From Chiloscyllium plagiosum (lineage: Eukaryota), in contig NC_057755.1 in NCBI RefSeq assembly GCF_004010195.1, positions 1,291,306-1,355,305 of the forward strand: a stretch of DNA of 64,000 nt. Direction: 5' to 3'. Position numbers and translations under genes: made by a program. The notes below the pieces were generated by a model. The model was not told the origin of the DNA and did no database searches. It saw only the letters and a program-made list of their open reading frames with translations. This document shows, in pieces, positions 49,791 through 61,485 of the stretch (position 1 is its first letter; every line of letters starts with the position of its first letter).

Positions 49791-50935
49791 TTAAATGTTG
49801 TTAACGTACCTGCCTCAACCACTTCCACATCTGCGTACACCCTCTGTGTAAAAATGTTGCCCCTCAGGTTTCCTCTTATTCTTTCCCCTCTAACCTTAAG
49901 TTGAGGCCCTCTAGTCCTCGATTCCCTAACACTGGGGAAAAGACTGAGTGCATTCACCCTATCCATGCCTCTCATGATCTTATACACCTTTAAGACCCCC
50001 CCACCCCCACCCCCCTCCCCCCGCTTCTCCCAGTCTCCTATGCTCTAAAGAAAAAAGTCCTAGCTTGTCCAACCACTTCCTATAACTCCATCTCTTCACT
50101 TCTGGCAATGTTTTTGTAAATTTCTTCCCACTCTTTGCAACTTAACAACATCCTACCTGTAGCAAAGTGACCCAAACTTAACACAATACTCCAAGTGCAG
50201 CCGCACCACCGTCCTGTATAACTATAACATAACTTCCTAACTTCTATACTCAATATCCTGACTGATGAAGGACAGTGTGCCTAATGCCACCTTTCTGCCT
50301 ACCTATGACTCTCCCTTCAGAGAACCATACACCTGAACGGCAGGGTCCATCTGTTCCACTGCACTCCTTCAGACCCGACTGTTCAACATGGAACTCCTAC
50401 CTTGATTTGACTTTCCAAAAATGCAAGACCTCGCACTTATCTATATTAAACTCCATTTGCCATTTCTCGTCCCACTACCCCAGCTGATCAATATCCTGCT
50501 GTAGTTCAGATATTCACTGCCCCCGATACCGCCTATTTTAGTGTCATCTGCAAACATATTAATCGTGCCTTGTGCATTCTCATCCAAATCATTGATGTAG
50601 ATAACAAACAGCAATGAGCCAGCACCGACCCTGAGGCACTCCACTAGTCATAGGCCTCCAGTCTGATAAGCATCCTTCCACGATTACCCCCTGCTTCCTA
50701 CCATCAAGCCAATTTGAATCCAATTTGCCAGCTCCCAAGAGAAGTAGGGGGTAATCTTGGAAGGATGCTTATCAGACTGGTTCCACATGGTAAGCTGTTC
50801 TCGAAGGTTAGACCTTATCAAAGGCCTTGCTGTAATCCACATAGAACTGGTCTCCCAACCTGCCCTTGTCAACCTTTCTTGGTCACTTCATTAAAGAACT
50901 CTAACACGTGTAGGGCATGATCTCTCACGCACAAA
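49785..50935 (-). mobile_element. CR1 LINE RT fragment (tail-to-tail with the previous copy)
   Basis: [21 protein letters not shown] (50441..50644); YKIMRGMDRV (49772..49987). Confidence 0.85.
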
Positions 50936-51150
50936 CCTGTTTGTACCTCACCCCGTGCTGTCCCTGTGCTAGGAATGTTTGATGGGGGGGTCAGTTTAGA
51001 GGGAGCTTCACGCTGGATCTAACCCCATGCGTTCCCTGTCCTGGGAGTGTTCAATGGGGACAGTGTAGAGGGAGATTTACTTTGTATCTAACCCAGGGCT
51101 GTTCCTTACCTGGGAGTGTTTGTTGAGTTCAGTGCAGAGGCATCTTTATT
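50935..51150 (+). repeat. ~67-bp minisatellite (about 3 units)
   Basis: ccccgtgctgtccctgt(g/c)ct(a/g)gga(a/g)tgtt..gatgggg.cagt(t/g)tagagggag(c/a)tt repeated. Confidence 0.85.
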
Positions 51151-51420
51151 TTGTAAATACTTACACTTGGAAAGAGGATTTTTCTTTCTGGTAAAAGATG
51201 TTCAGTTTAATAATGACAGAACAGGGCTGCTAAATCTTCAATATATCAGGAGAGGAGACACCATGACAGACATTGCCTGCCGATTTGTTTTTAGCGGTTA
51301 AAAACATTATTCAATGTGCCTCATGTTCAGAGACCATAAAGGCTCATAACTGGGTGGGAACTAAAGTGTCAAATGTTAGCGGTAAGTGTTTGTTGAAGGT
51401 GTCAGCTCTTTGCCGTGTAA

Positions 51421-51462
51421 AACCACATCCTGCACCGAGCTGTCCTTTCGCAACAGGAAGTT
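51421..51462. promoter_or_regulatory. Candidate ETS:RUNX composite element plus ETS site
   Basis: The reverse complement of 51421-51433 is GCAGGATGTGGTT; ACAGGAAGT at ~51453-51461. Motif match only. Confidence 0.3.
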
Positions 51463-53046
51463 GTACATTTCTCTGCAATTAATTTTCTTGCTTTCCCTCC
51501 CTTTTGTCTTGAGATGGCATTTATGTGCAAAACAGGGAAAAGTTAACCGTTCATTCCTGTGTGAGATACTCTACTGTCTATGTGCTTCTTATTCAGAACT
51601 GGGTGTCTGAATGACTCACCCTCGATGTCCTCGTGCCAGCTCCGGTAACTCAGAATCTAGCAGTGTATACAGGGTTGTTTTGCTGTCTGTGGTACTGGAT
51701 CCATTTACTTGCAAGGCAGCTAATCCACTTCTCTATTTCTTTCTGTGGCCTTGTGCTTATAGGGTCATACAGTTGTACAGCATAGAAAAGATCCTTCAGT
51801 CGAATTTGTCGATGCGGACTGAATATCCTAAAGTAATGTAATCCCATTTCGCCCATATCCCTCTAAACCCTTTCTATTCATGTACCCATTCAGATGCCTT
51901 TTAAATGTTGTCATTGTACTAGACTCCACTACTTCCTCTGGCAGCTTGTTCCATATACACACCACCCTCTGCGTGAAAGAAATGCCACTTCAGTCCCTGT
52001 TAAATCTTTCACCTCTCACCCTAAACCTATATCCTCTAGTTCCAGTCCTGCCTGCTCCAGAGGATTGTCTTAACATCGCTGAATTGGGTTAAACTTTGTT
52101 GTTGAAAATCTGAAGCCAGGATCTAGCCCAAACAATATACAATTAAAAACACATCCTGGTGTTAAAATGTACATTAAATATGTACAGTGGATCAACCGTT
52201 TGCACAAAATTCCTTTACAAGTCTGGTCACTCACAGTCATAAGAAAACAGAAATTGTTACTTGGTCATTAATTCAGCTGCTGGGCAATATTAGGAACACA
52301 GGGTTGGGACAAGCACCAATGTTAGTTCCAAAGTAGATATTGTTGTTGAAAACAGTGGCTGAAAATGCATGACAAAGATGGTAGTGTTAATATTCACAGA
52401 AGAGTTTTGTTATAAAAGCAAATGTCAGAAAAATGCTGCAACTTTCGCTTCTGCCTTACATGCAGTGGTTAGAAGCACAGCATATGATAATTGCATTTAA
52501 AACCACAAAGGGCTTGTACGCTGTGTGAATAACAATAGAAAGTACATGTTGTAAATATTCTGTGTTGTTGATTTGAAACCACATCCTTATCACAGCTGCA
52601 AATATTATGCAGCCTGCAAAATCTTCTCATCTATGATGGAGAGTAAAGAGCACTGAGATGTTGCAAGTTCGTCTTTTTTGACTGCCTTTCTCTCTGTGAT
52701 ATCCGTATCAGGATCACTCATACTGTGGGACATGGTATGTTGCTTGCAATGATTGTAACTTTGATTGAGTCTGTAAAAAATTGTGGTATCGTTCTGGCAG
52801 CTCATTAGACTGCTAGCCTGAGTTCCATTTCAAGTAAAGGCAGGTAATTTCAAATCTCCTGTTGTACACCTTACCAAAATTTGAAAGCTCTCCAATGTTG
52901 CTGGGGAGACATGGAAGGGACCACGAAGCCAAATGTCAGGAAAAAGAAGCCAACTGGTCTGGGAAAGTGTACATTGACACCAAGGTCGTTTTTGATGAAT
53001 TTAGGAGATTCTGCTGCCTGACCACCTCCTGTCTAACTCACATGTG

Positions 53047-53520
53047 GGGTGGCAAGGTAGTTCAGTTGTTGTTAGTACTGTTGCCTGACAGCACCAGGTA
53101 TGTGGGTACAATTTCAGCCTCAGGCAACTGGCTGGATGGAGCTTGCATGTTCTCTCTCTGTCCATGTAGGTTTCCTCTGGGTGCTCCAGTTTCCTCCCAC
53201 AGTCCAAAGGTGTGCAGGTTAGGTGGACGAGGTAAAACTGAGGATTGCAGATGCTGGAAACCAGAGTTTAGATCAGAGTGGTGCTGGAAAAGCACAGCAG
53301 TTCAGGCAGCATTAGAGGAGCACGAAAATCGACGTTTCAAGCAAAAGCTATCTGGAATAGAGGCAGGGAACCTTTATAAGTGGAGAGTTAGGTGGACTGG
53401 CCATGCTAAAATGCTCATAGTGTCCAAGGATATGTAGGCTATGTGGGTTGAGGTGAAATGCTCTTTGGAGGGTTAGTGTGGGCTGAATAGCCTCCTTCTA
53501 CACTGTATAGTTTCTATGAG
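53047..53520 (+). mobile_element. HE1-like V-SINE interrupted by a PLE terminal piece (53229-53386)
   Basis: TSD gttaggtggac at 53218-53228 and 53387-53397. Confidence 0.8.
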
Positions 53521-53844
53521 ACGCTCAGTACCTCTATTCATGAAGCTCAAAAGCTCATGTGCTTTGTCAGGGGCATGTCCTCTAGGTTCCTATCTCTTTT
53601 CACATGTTTGTACTTGCCCCATCAAGTCTACCACACCGCCCTTCTGCTCAATGCAGTAATGTGCATTTCCTTGTAATAAATGTCATCCTTTGGATGTATG
53701 TCACATTCAGCTTCTCTATACGTACAACAGGGAAAATGGAGCAATTTACTCCTGTGTGTTACACCATGTGGCACCTTGATAGTTTGTGAATCTGTACAAT
53801 ATATAGGTGAGAAAAGTATTATTATTGCAACCATTCTTTTTATT

Positions 53845-54410
53845 TTTATTCACTCGTGAGATATGGGTGTCATTGGCTGGGTCCAGCGTTTATTGCCCCG
53901 TCCCTAGTTGCCCCTTGAGAAGATGGTGATGAGCTGCCTTCTTGAACTACTCCAGTCCATCTGCTGTAGACAGACCCACAATGTGCTTAGGAAGGGAATT
54001 CCATGACTCTGACCCAGCGACACTGAAGGAATGGCCGATATATTTCCAAGTTAAGATGGTGAGTGGCTTGGAGTGGAAATTGCAGGGAGTGGTGCACCCA
54101 TGTATCGCCAGCTCTTGTCCTGCTCGATGGAAGTGGTCATGGGTTTGGAAGTTTCTGCATAAAGATCTTCGGTGACATTCTGCAGTGCATCTTGTAGATA
54201 GTACATACTGCTGCTATTGAGCATTGATGATAGAGAGAGTGGATGTGGATGTGGTACCAAACAAATGTGCTGCTTTGACCTGGATGGCATTGATCCTGCG
54301 CCCACCGAGGGAAATGGGGAGTATTCCATCACACTCATTACTTTTGCCTTGTAGATGGTGGACTGGCTTTGGGGAGTCAGGAGGTGAGCTATTCATTGCA
54401 GGATTCCTCA
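53845..54410 (-). mobile_element. CR1-group LINE 3' fragment (second family)
   Basis: Tail ttcactcgtgagatatgggtgtcattggc, as at 13360. Confidence 0.75.
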
Positions 54411-54489
54411 CCGCTGAACCACTGTTGAGGACACAATATCACAATATCACAACTTCTCTGAAGTTGTATCCTCTGAATACTACTTGCCA

Positions 54490-56105
54490 ATATTCCTCTC
54501 CTGTCCCTTGTCTGCCTTCCACAGGGACCATTCCGTCTGGGACTCCCTGGTCCATTCTTCTTTCACTCCTAACAAACCCCACAGCCCCAAGACACCTTCC
54601 TCTGCAACCGCTGAAGGAGTAAAACCTGCCCATTTACCTCCTCCCTCCTCAGTACCCAAGGACCTGAACATACCTTTGACGTGTAGCAGAGATTTACCTG
54701 CACTTGTCACAATCTAGTCTACAGCATTCGCTGCTCATATTGTGGGTGAATGCTTCACAGAACATCTACGTTCTGCCTGCAAAAACGACCCTGAGCTTCC
54801 AATTGCCTGTCACTTTAACACACCATCCTGTTCCCTTGCCAACATTTCTGTCTCAAGCTTTCTGTAGTGTTCAGTTGGAAGAACAATACCTCATTTTCCA
54901 TTTGGGACCTTGCAGCCATCTGGACTCAATATCGAGTTCAATAATTTTAGGGCCTGAACTCTCCCATGTCCTTTCCCCTAACCAACATACCAGGCCTTGT
55001 TAACTAATGGTGTACTATTAGACATCACCCATTGTAAACCACTAACAGTCTCCAGTAACAGCTTTCATCCTCCCAGCCAGATTATAATCCACTCCCTTGT
55101 CTGTCCAAATCTTCTTCTCTCTTTTTGTGCTCATTCCTAGCATTTACTCCTTATCCTGCCTCCTATAGCTACCTAGACTACACGTCCTCTCACCCTACTT
55201 CCTGTAGTGACCTAGACAACACCGCATCCCCCCACCTCCTGTAGCTATCTAGACTACACCTCCTCCCAGTTTACCTCCTGTAGCTACCTAGATTATACCT
55301 CCTCCCACCCTACCGCCTGTAGCTATATAGACCACACCTCCTCCCACCCTACCTCCCTTAAAAACACCATTCCTTATTCCCATTTTCTCCACCTCTACCG
55401 CATATGTTCCCAGGATGACCAATTCCATCACATAAAGTCCCAGATAGACTCCTTTTTTCATGATTGCAACTTCCCTTCCCATGTGGTTGATGACCACACG
55501 ATGTGGTCTCCTTTACATCGGAGAGACAGGATGCTTTTTTGTGGATCGTTTAAGAGAACATCTCTGGGACACCCACACCAACCAACTCCAACACCCCATG
55601 GCTGAACACTTCAACTTCCCCTTCCACTCCGTCAAGGACAGGCAGGTCATAGGCTTCCTCCACCATCAAACCATTACCACCCGATGCGGGGAGGAGGAAG
55701 GCCTTATATTCCGCCTTAGGACCCTGCAAACACATCCACCCTGACCTATCAGCTTTACCTCACCTTCGTCCACCTATCACTTTCCCAGCTACCTCCCTCC
55801 AACCCCACCCCCTCTTATCTATCTCTCAGCCCCGACTCACAGGCCTCATTCCTGATGAAGGGCTTATGCCCAAACCGTTGATTCTCCTATTCTTCAGAAG
55901 CTGCATGACTCGGCTGTGCTTTTCCAGCACCATACTGTCGACTCCTTACCCCCTCCCCCTATACTATCTGTTGCATAAAAAACTGCCATTTTCTGAGCTA
56001 CCATGACTTCTGAGGAAGGGTCACTCGACCGGAAATATTAACTCTGATTTCTCTTCACAGACGCTGCCGGACCTGCCAAACCTTTCCAGCAATTTTTGTT
56101 TTTGT
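54490..56105 (+). mobile_element. Nested Penelope-like fragments (two families) with hammerhead motifs
   Basis: GIY-YIG remnants (TRCGLLYIGETG..LREH..AEHFN in ORF 55460..55744; EEQYLIFHLG). Hammerheads at 55852-55880 (degenerate) and 56010-56043 (CTGAGGA-agggtcactcgaccg-GAAA-TATT-aact, family D). Confidence 0.75.
55160..55355 (+). repeat. ~40-bp minisatellite (about 5 units)
   Basis: cctcctgtagctacctagactacacctcctcccacccta repeated with variation. Confidence 0.85.
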
Positions 56106-56459
56106 GAACGGAGAGTTTGTCCCTTTTTCCATCAACTCCTGTTTTGGCTGGATCCTTGATGCAACTGGTTGTCAAGGCGTATCACTCTCATCTCATCTCT
56201 GGATAACAGCTCTTTTCTCCATGTTTATGTTAACTCTGTCATGAAGTCAGGAGTAAAGTAGCTACAACAGAATGCACACAGAGTATCCGTGAGCAGATTT
56301 CTGCTAATCCAATCTTGCTCCATAACACGAGAAGCATGCTTATTAATCTATATTTAATCATACAACAATCACTGAATACCCCATATAGCCATCTCCTCAC
56401 ACTCAGCCATGATCGAATGGCAGAACAGATTAGATGGGCCGAATGATCCTTAATGTCAG

Positions 56460-56778
56460 GGGGTGGCACGGTGGCTCAGTCCTCAGCATTGCAGCCTTAC
56501 AGTGCCAGGGACCCGTGTATAATTCCAGCCTTGGGCGACTGTCTTTGTGGAGTTTGCATGTTCTCCCTGTGTCTGCTTGGGTTTCCTCTGGGTGCCCCGG
56601 TTTCCTCCCACAGTCCAAAGATGTGCAGGCCAGTTGAAATGGCCATACTAAATTGCCCATAGTGTCAGGTGCATTGGTCAGAGGGAAATGCGTCTGGAAG
56701 GGTTACTCTTTGGAAGGTCAGTGTGGACATGTTGGGCTGAAGGGCCTGTTTCCACACTGTAGGGAATTAAGTCTAATC
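56460..56778 (+). mobile_element. HE1-like V-SINE
   Basis: ggtggcacggtggctcag head, V-domain core, tail. Confidence 0.85.
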
Positions 56779-56789
56779 TTGGTCTTCTT

Positions 56790-57275
56790 ATCACTGGGAA
56801 TATCACTGAAATTGAACTCCACGAGCCATATAAATATGTTGTTTACAAGAGCAGGTCAGAGGTTGGGCATCCTGCAGTGAGTAACCCACCTCCTGACTCC
56901 CCAAAGCCTGTCCACCATCTAAAAGGCACAAGTCAGGAGTGTGATGGAATAATCCCTACTTGTCCTCGATGAGTGCAGCTCCAACAACACTCAAGACGCT
57001 TCACACCATCCAAGACAAAGCAGGCCACTTCACTGGCACAACATCCACAAAAATTCAATCCCTCCACCACCGATGCTCAGTAGCAGCAGTGTATACTCTC
57101 TACAAGATGCACTGCAGAAGTTCACCAACGATCCTCAGACAGCACCTTCCAAGCCCATGGCCACTTCCCCGTAGAAGGACAAGGGCAGCAGTTACATGGG
57201 AACATCACCCCGTGCAAGTTCCCCTCTGAGACACTTCCCATCCTGACTTGGAAATATATTGGCCATTCCTTCAGA
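56790..57275 (+). mobile_element. CR1-group LINE fragment (second family)
   Basis: Matches the reverse complement of ~22200-22600 (TIQDKA..SLHHRCSVAAVYTLYKMHC). Confidence 0.75.
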
Positions 57276-57509
57276 ATATCTCTCAGAATCCCGGGGCGCT
57301 GTAGCTAAACATGTGTCAGTGTGGGTGCCCCCAGACACAATGGAGTGTAATGATAGAAGAAGGAAGCTCATCACAACCTGCCAAAATGTCAACTGGGGAT
57401 TGCTAATAAGAATTGTAGGAGGGTCACTTTGAGAACTCTTCTCGTCTCGTTCTATCTCACTCTTACTCTCTCGGTCATCTATGACTACTCTCACCACTGA
57501 CACATTTGG

Positions 57510-58990
57510 TCTTCCTTATTCTCTTCCCTACCATGATACCTTTTCAATATGTTTATGTGTTCAAGGTTTACATAAAGATTTCTACCTCAGCTGATGGTTG
57601 CCGTGATTATGGATATGATCACTGAGCTGGGGAGTTGGTTTGCAGACATTTCGTCCTCTGTCTAGGTGACATCTTCAGAGTTTTGGAGCCTCGTTGTAGC
57701 AACTGTGAAAGCACTGAAGATGTCATCGAGACAGAGGACAAAACGTCTGCAAATCAACTTCCCAGCTCAGCTAACATACCACAACCATGGCATGTTTATG
57801 TGTCCTAACTGATTCTTATTCTTAAACAATTATCAGTCACTTTACCATCTCTCTCGATTAATTTGCATGGGCCTCTGAAATTTGCTTTCCAAGCCTATCT
57901 GAACTGAACCAGGTCTTTATAAAGTATATGCCTTGTGAAATGCTTGTTTATCAATGCCTACATTAGTCCTATATGCCCTACCATTGGAATTTTATATGCT
58001 CCTCCCAATTCCTCGTTACTCTAATTGAGCCGTAATTCTATTTAATGAATACCGTCTTTTCTTTGTTTGTATCTGTGAATACTTGCACATCAGAATTCCT
58101 TTTTTTCTGACACAGTCCCAAACTGGATCTTCTCCAGCCTCAGATTCAGTATAAGCTGACCATGCTCACTTATTCAACTCTGGATCAGCATTCAAGTAAC
58201 ACTGACTTATCAAACACTTCTGTTGAATTATCTTCAAGTCTTAATAAAGTTTCGGCTACCCTAATAACGATATTACTGTGGTCTCTGCCGATAGACTTTG
58301 TTTAGCCATTGCTCTGGTCACTACACACAAAAAACTAAAGATTTTTCCATCTCTTTAGCCTCAGCTGGATATTTTTTTTGTGATTGAAGACGCAACTATA
58401 ATCTTCATTTCTGATAAATCATTCCTCAGAAGTAAACAACGGTGTCCACAGACAATTTCTAAACTTCCTGGATTACAGCATGTTGCACTCTAATTGGACT
58501 TTGTACAATGGAACCGGGATACACTCTCCATCCATTGCATCCTTCCTGACCCTGTGTAGTTCAGTAGTTCTATTATCTTGGAGTATAGTTACAGTATGTT
58601 TTCTTTGACGAAAAGATATGTTATCGTCCCTTTCGACCAAAGCCTTTCATATTTCTCATCTCCACTCTATGTACTTCTTCGGCACTCACAGCAGTGCTTA
58701 TCTCCCGTCTCGGTAAAGGTGCAATCTGATCCATGGCCGTTTCCTTTAGAGTTTCCTTTTTGGAATCATCATTATGAACACCATTAAGTCCCATGAGTTT
58801 CCCTCATAATTTCCATCATTCTTAACAACTGTGTCCCACGTTGTTACAACGTGGCTCCAGATTTCCGTCTCCATCCTCAGTGCCTCCTTCTCCAGTCTGA
58901 ACATGAGAACTTGGCGCATTCCCAGCTCTCCATTCTTTACCCTGGCTACTTGCCTTCCTTTCGCTCCATTTGCAGTCACTTCTGACTGCA
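57510..58990 (-). mobile_element. Degenerate Gmr1-type Gypsy LTR retrotransposon (gag CCHC - protease - integrase)
   Basis: Minus strand, in order: CYNVGH..WKL (~58800-58850), VTILQD (~58575-58592), IPVPLYKV, CVVTRAMAKQ (58298-58327), ADPEL..KGILM, AYKIPMVGHIG..KHF..KDLVQF (~57900-58000), QLGHINILKRYH (across the insert at 57549-57803). Confidence 0.7.
57561..57791. mobile_element. PLE family C hairpin insert with two opposed hammerheads and 12-bp TSD
   Basis: TSD atgtttatgtgt at 57549-57560 and 57792-57803; hammerheads at 57641-57680 (-) and 57711-57750 (+). Confidence 0.75.
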
Positions 58991-59099
58991 GGAGGGTGAC
59001 TGAGAAAAAAATATTTTTTTTATTATTAGCTCCGAATCGTTAGCCATTTTCGCTGCCTGCCTACCAGTGACCTCAATGTAGATTTTTTATAGCGGGAGG

Positions 59100-59505
59100 T
59101 TAATTAATGGCTTCAGCTTTCGATGTTTGGGTTCTCTTGTCCAAATTCTTCGGCATCGTGATGAGTCTGGCGCAGGATTCCCGTGTCGAGGAGATCGGGT
59201 CCTCGACCCCAAATCCACAAAATGGACAGAGTGGATTTTGTCTTACATTTTCGTTTCTTCATTTTTTTGTTGTTGTTATATTATGATGGAAGCACGGTTG
59301 TTCTGATTTTTAAAAATACTTTATTAGTATGATTTTGTACTTGTGAACTTCTGTATTGCTGGACTTACTTTTCTGGTTTTACACTGAGAGTTTTTACTCA
59401 TGTATCTTGTACACAGGTCACTGAGATGGCACTGTATGTAGCAACTCGTAATCTTTTCACTGCATTTGTGTCAGCCCTTGTGACAATAAAGCTAATTCAA
59501 TTCAA
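59100..59505 (+). mobile_element. Non-autonomous repeat with Rex1/Babar-like 3' tail
   Basis: Ends cttttcactg..gtgacaataaagctaattcaattcaa; family assignment is from memory only. Confidence 0.35.
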
Positions 59506-60419
59506 AGTACCTTGTTTAATCCTTTCAAATTCAATATCATTTCTCCTGACTCTTTCTTTAATTTCCAGATGCTTTGTCTATATGCCTCAGGCACCATTTC
59601 CTTTGCATCTATCACAGCTTTCCTTACAGCTCTACAATCTCAAGCAACAAAGAAGCATAAATGTTCTTGTGTTTTACCTGTTAACCTACTCAGCACGAGC
59701 AAGTGCAGCTCTATTTCACCTAATTATTTTGTCTAAATATTTTCTCAATTGAAATGAGTTATGCCTCCACATTTTTTTCATCAACTAGGTACCCATGCAA
59801 ACTTCAACATTTCTTCCTGGACTTCAGATTATCTACTGTGGAGCATACCTTAGCATATGACATCTAATGTTAAGTTTATATTCATGTTCTCCCTGTTCTA
59901 TTTCCCTTTACAAATCTAAATCTAATTTTCTCCTATCCCTGTGTCTCTCCGCTCTTTTTGTTTCACCTGCCTTTCCTTGTCTTTATCTATCACCGCTCGT
60001 TTCTTCATTCTTTCGTCAAGCTCAAACTCCTTTAACAGTTATTGAAAATTACTTTATTCTGAAGTTTCACCGAGCAGAGTGCTCAGTCTTTCTTGCATTA
60101 CTTCTCAAGCCAGAAGCAGTGTTCGTACCTGAATTATTTTTGCCTTTGGATCCATTGCAAAAAATTTTAAAAAAAACTGAGCTGAGTGTTCATGTGTTGT
60201 AAGTTCATAATCATAGCAACAAATTTGGCACAAAACAGTTTCGCACTTTCTGTGACATGAAAAAAGAGACATGGTAAAACATTTCATCATTATTACAGGC
60301 GATACTGATTTTCAGGGGTATGTCAATGTCAGTGGAGCCGTTTTACTTGGATCATGGGAGGAGATAATGCTTTAATAATGGCACCAGAGCAGTAATCCTC
60401 AAATTCAGGCGAACACGAG

Positions 60420-61188
60420 GAGTGGGAGATGGAGTTTAATTTAGATGAATGCGTGGTGCTGCATTTTGGGAAAGCAACTTTGAGCAGGACATATCGACTT
60501 AAAGTTCGAGACAATGTTGCTGAGCAAAGAGACCTTGGAGTGCAGTTTCGCACTTCGTTGAAAGTAGAGTCACAGGTAGATAGGATAGTAAAGAAGGTGC
60601 TTGGTATGTTTTCATTTATTGGTCAGAGTATTGAGTATAGGAGTAATCAGGTCATGTTGCGGCTGTACAGGACATTGGTTAGGCCACTGTTGGAATATTG
60701 CGTTCAGAAAAGATTTACAAGCATGTTGCCAGAGGTGGAAGATTTGAGCAAGAGGGAGAACCTCAACAGGCTGGGGCTGTTTTCCCTGGAGCGTCTGAGG
60801 CTTAGGGGTGACTTTATAGAGGTTTACAAAATTATGAGGAGTATGGATAAGATAAATAGACAAAGTCTTTTCCCTGGGGTGGGGAGTCTAGGACTAGAGG
60901 GCATAGGTTTAGGGTCAGAGGGGAAAGATATAAAAGAGACATAAGGGACAACATTTTCTACAGAGGGTAGAATGTATATGGAATGAGCTACTAGAGGAAG
61001 TGGTGTAGGCTGATACAATTGCAACATTTAAAAGGCACCTGGATGGGTATGTAAATAGAAAAGGTTTGGCGGAATATGGGTTGGGTGCTGGCAGGTGGGA
61101 CGAGATTAGGTTGGGATACCTGTTCGGCATGGACGAGTTAGACCAAAGGGTCTGTTTCCGTACTGTACATCCCTGATTCTGACTCTGA
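60420..61188 (+). mobile_element. CR1 LINE 3' fragment
   Basis: ORF 60429..60944 ([23 protein letters not shown]); tail ctgattctgactctgact. Confidence 0.9.
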
Positions 61189-61199
61189 CTGTGTGGTCA

Positions 61200-61485
61200 A
61201 GAGTGAAAATCCTGCCGTGGGCAATGCTGAAATATACGTGTGAGTCATAAGAAAATCTGGAATTGAAAACTAGTCTTAGAAATAGTATCGAGACAATCAA
61301 CCACCTCTTGGAGAGCTAAAGTCGTTCCCAAATGGGGAAAGGATGTCATTACCTGCTGGGTGTATGTGTGACCTGGTCCACGGTAATGCGATTGACTCCT
61401 TCCAGCTATCATTGGCAGCTCAAGATGGGCAGGTGGTGGTAGATTTGATGGTTATGTTCACATACCATGAAGGGATAAAAAAAAG
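61200..61485 (+). mobile_element. Degenerate Deu-domain SINE-like repeat
   Basis: aaaatctggaattgaaa..tgtgacc..attgactc..gatgggca..cacataccatga, then an A-tail. Confidence 0.45.

Noticed and set aside
51610..52805. Minus-strand exon candidates (donor gtgagt at ~51615; ORF 52605..52805)
   Set aside because: No recognisable protein motif, in-frame stops, and no consistent exon chain.
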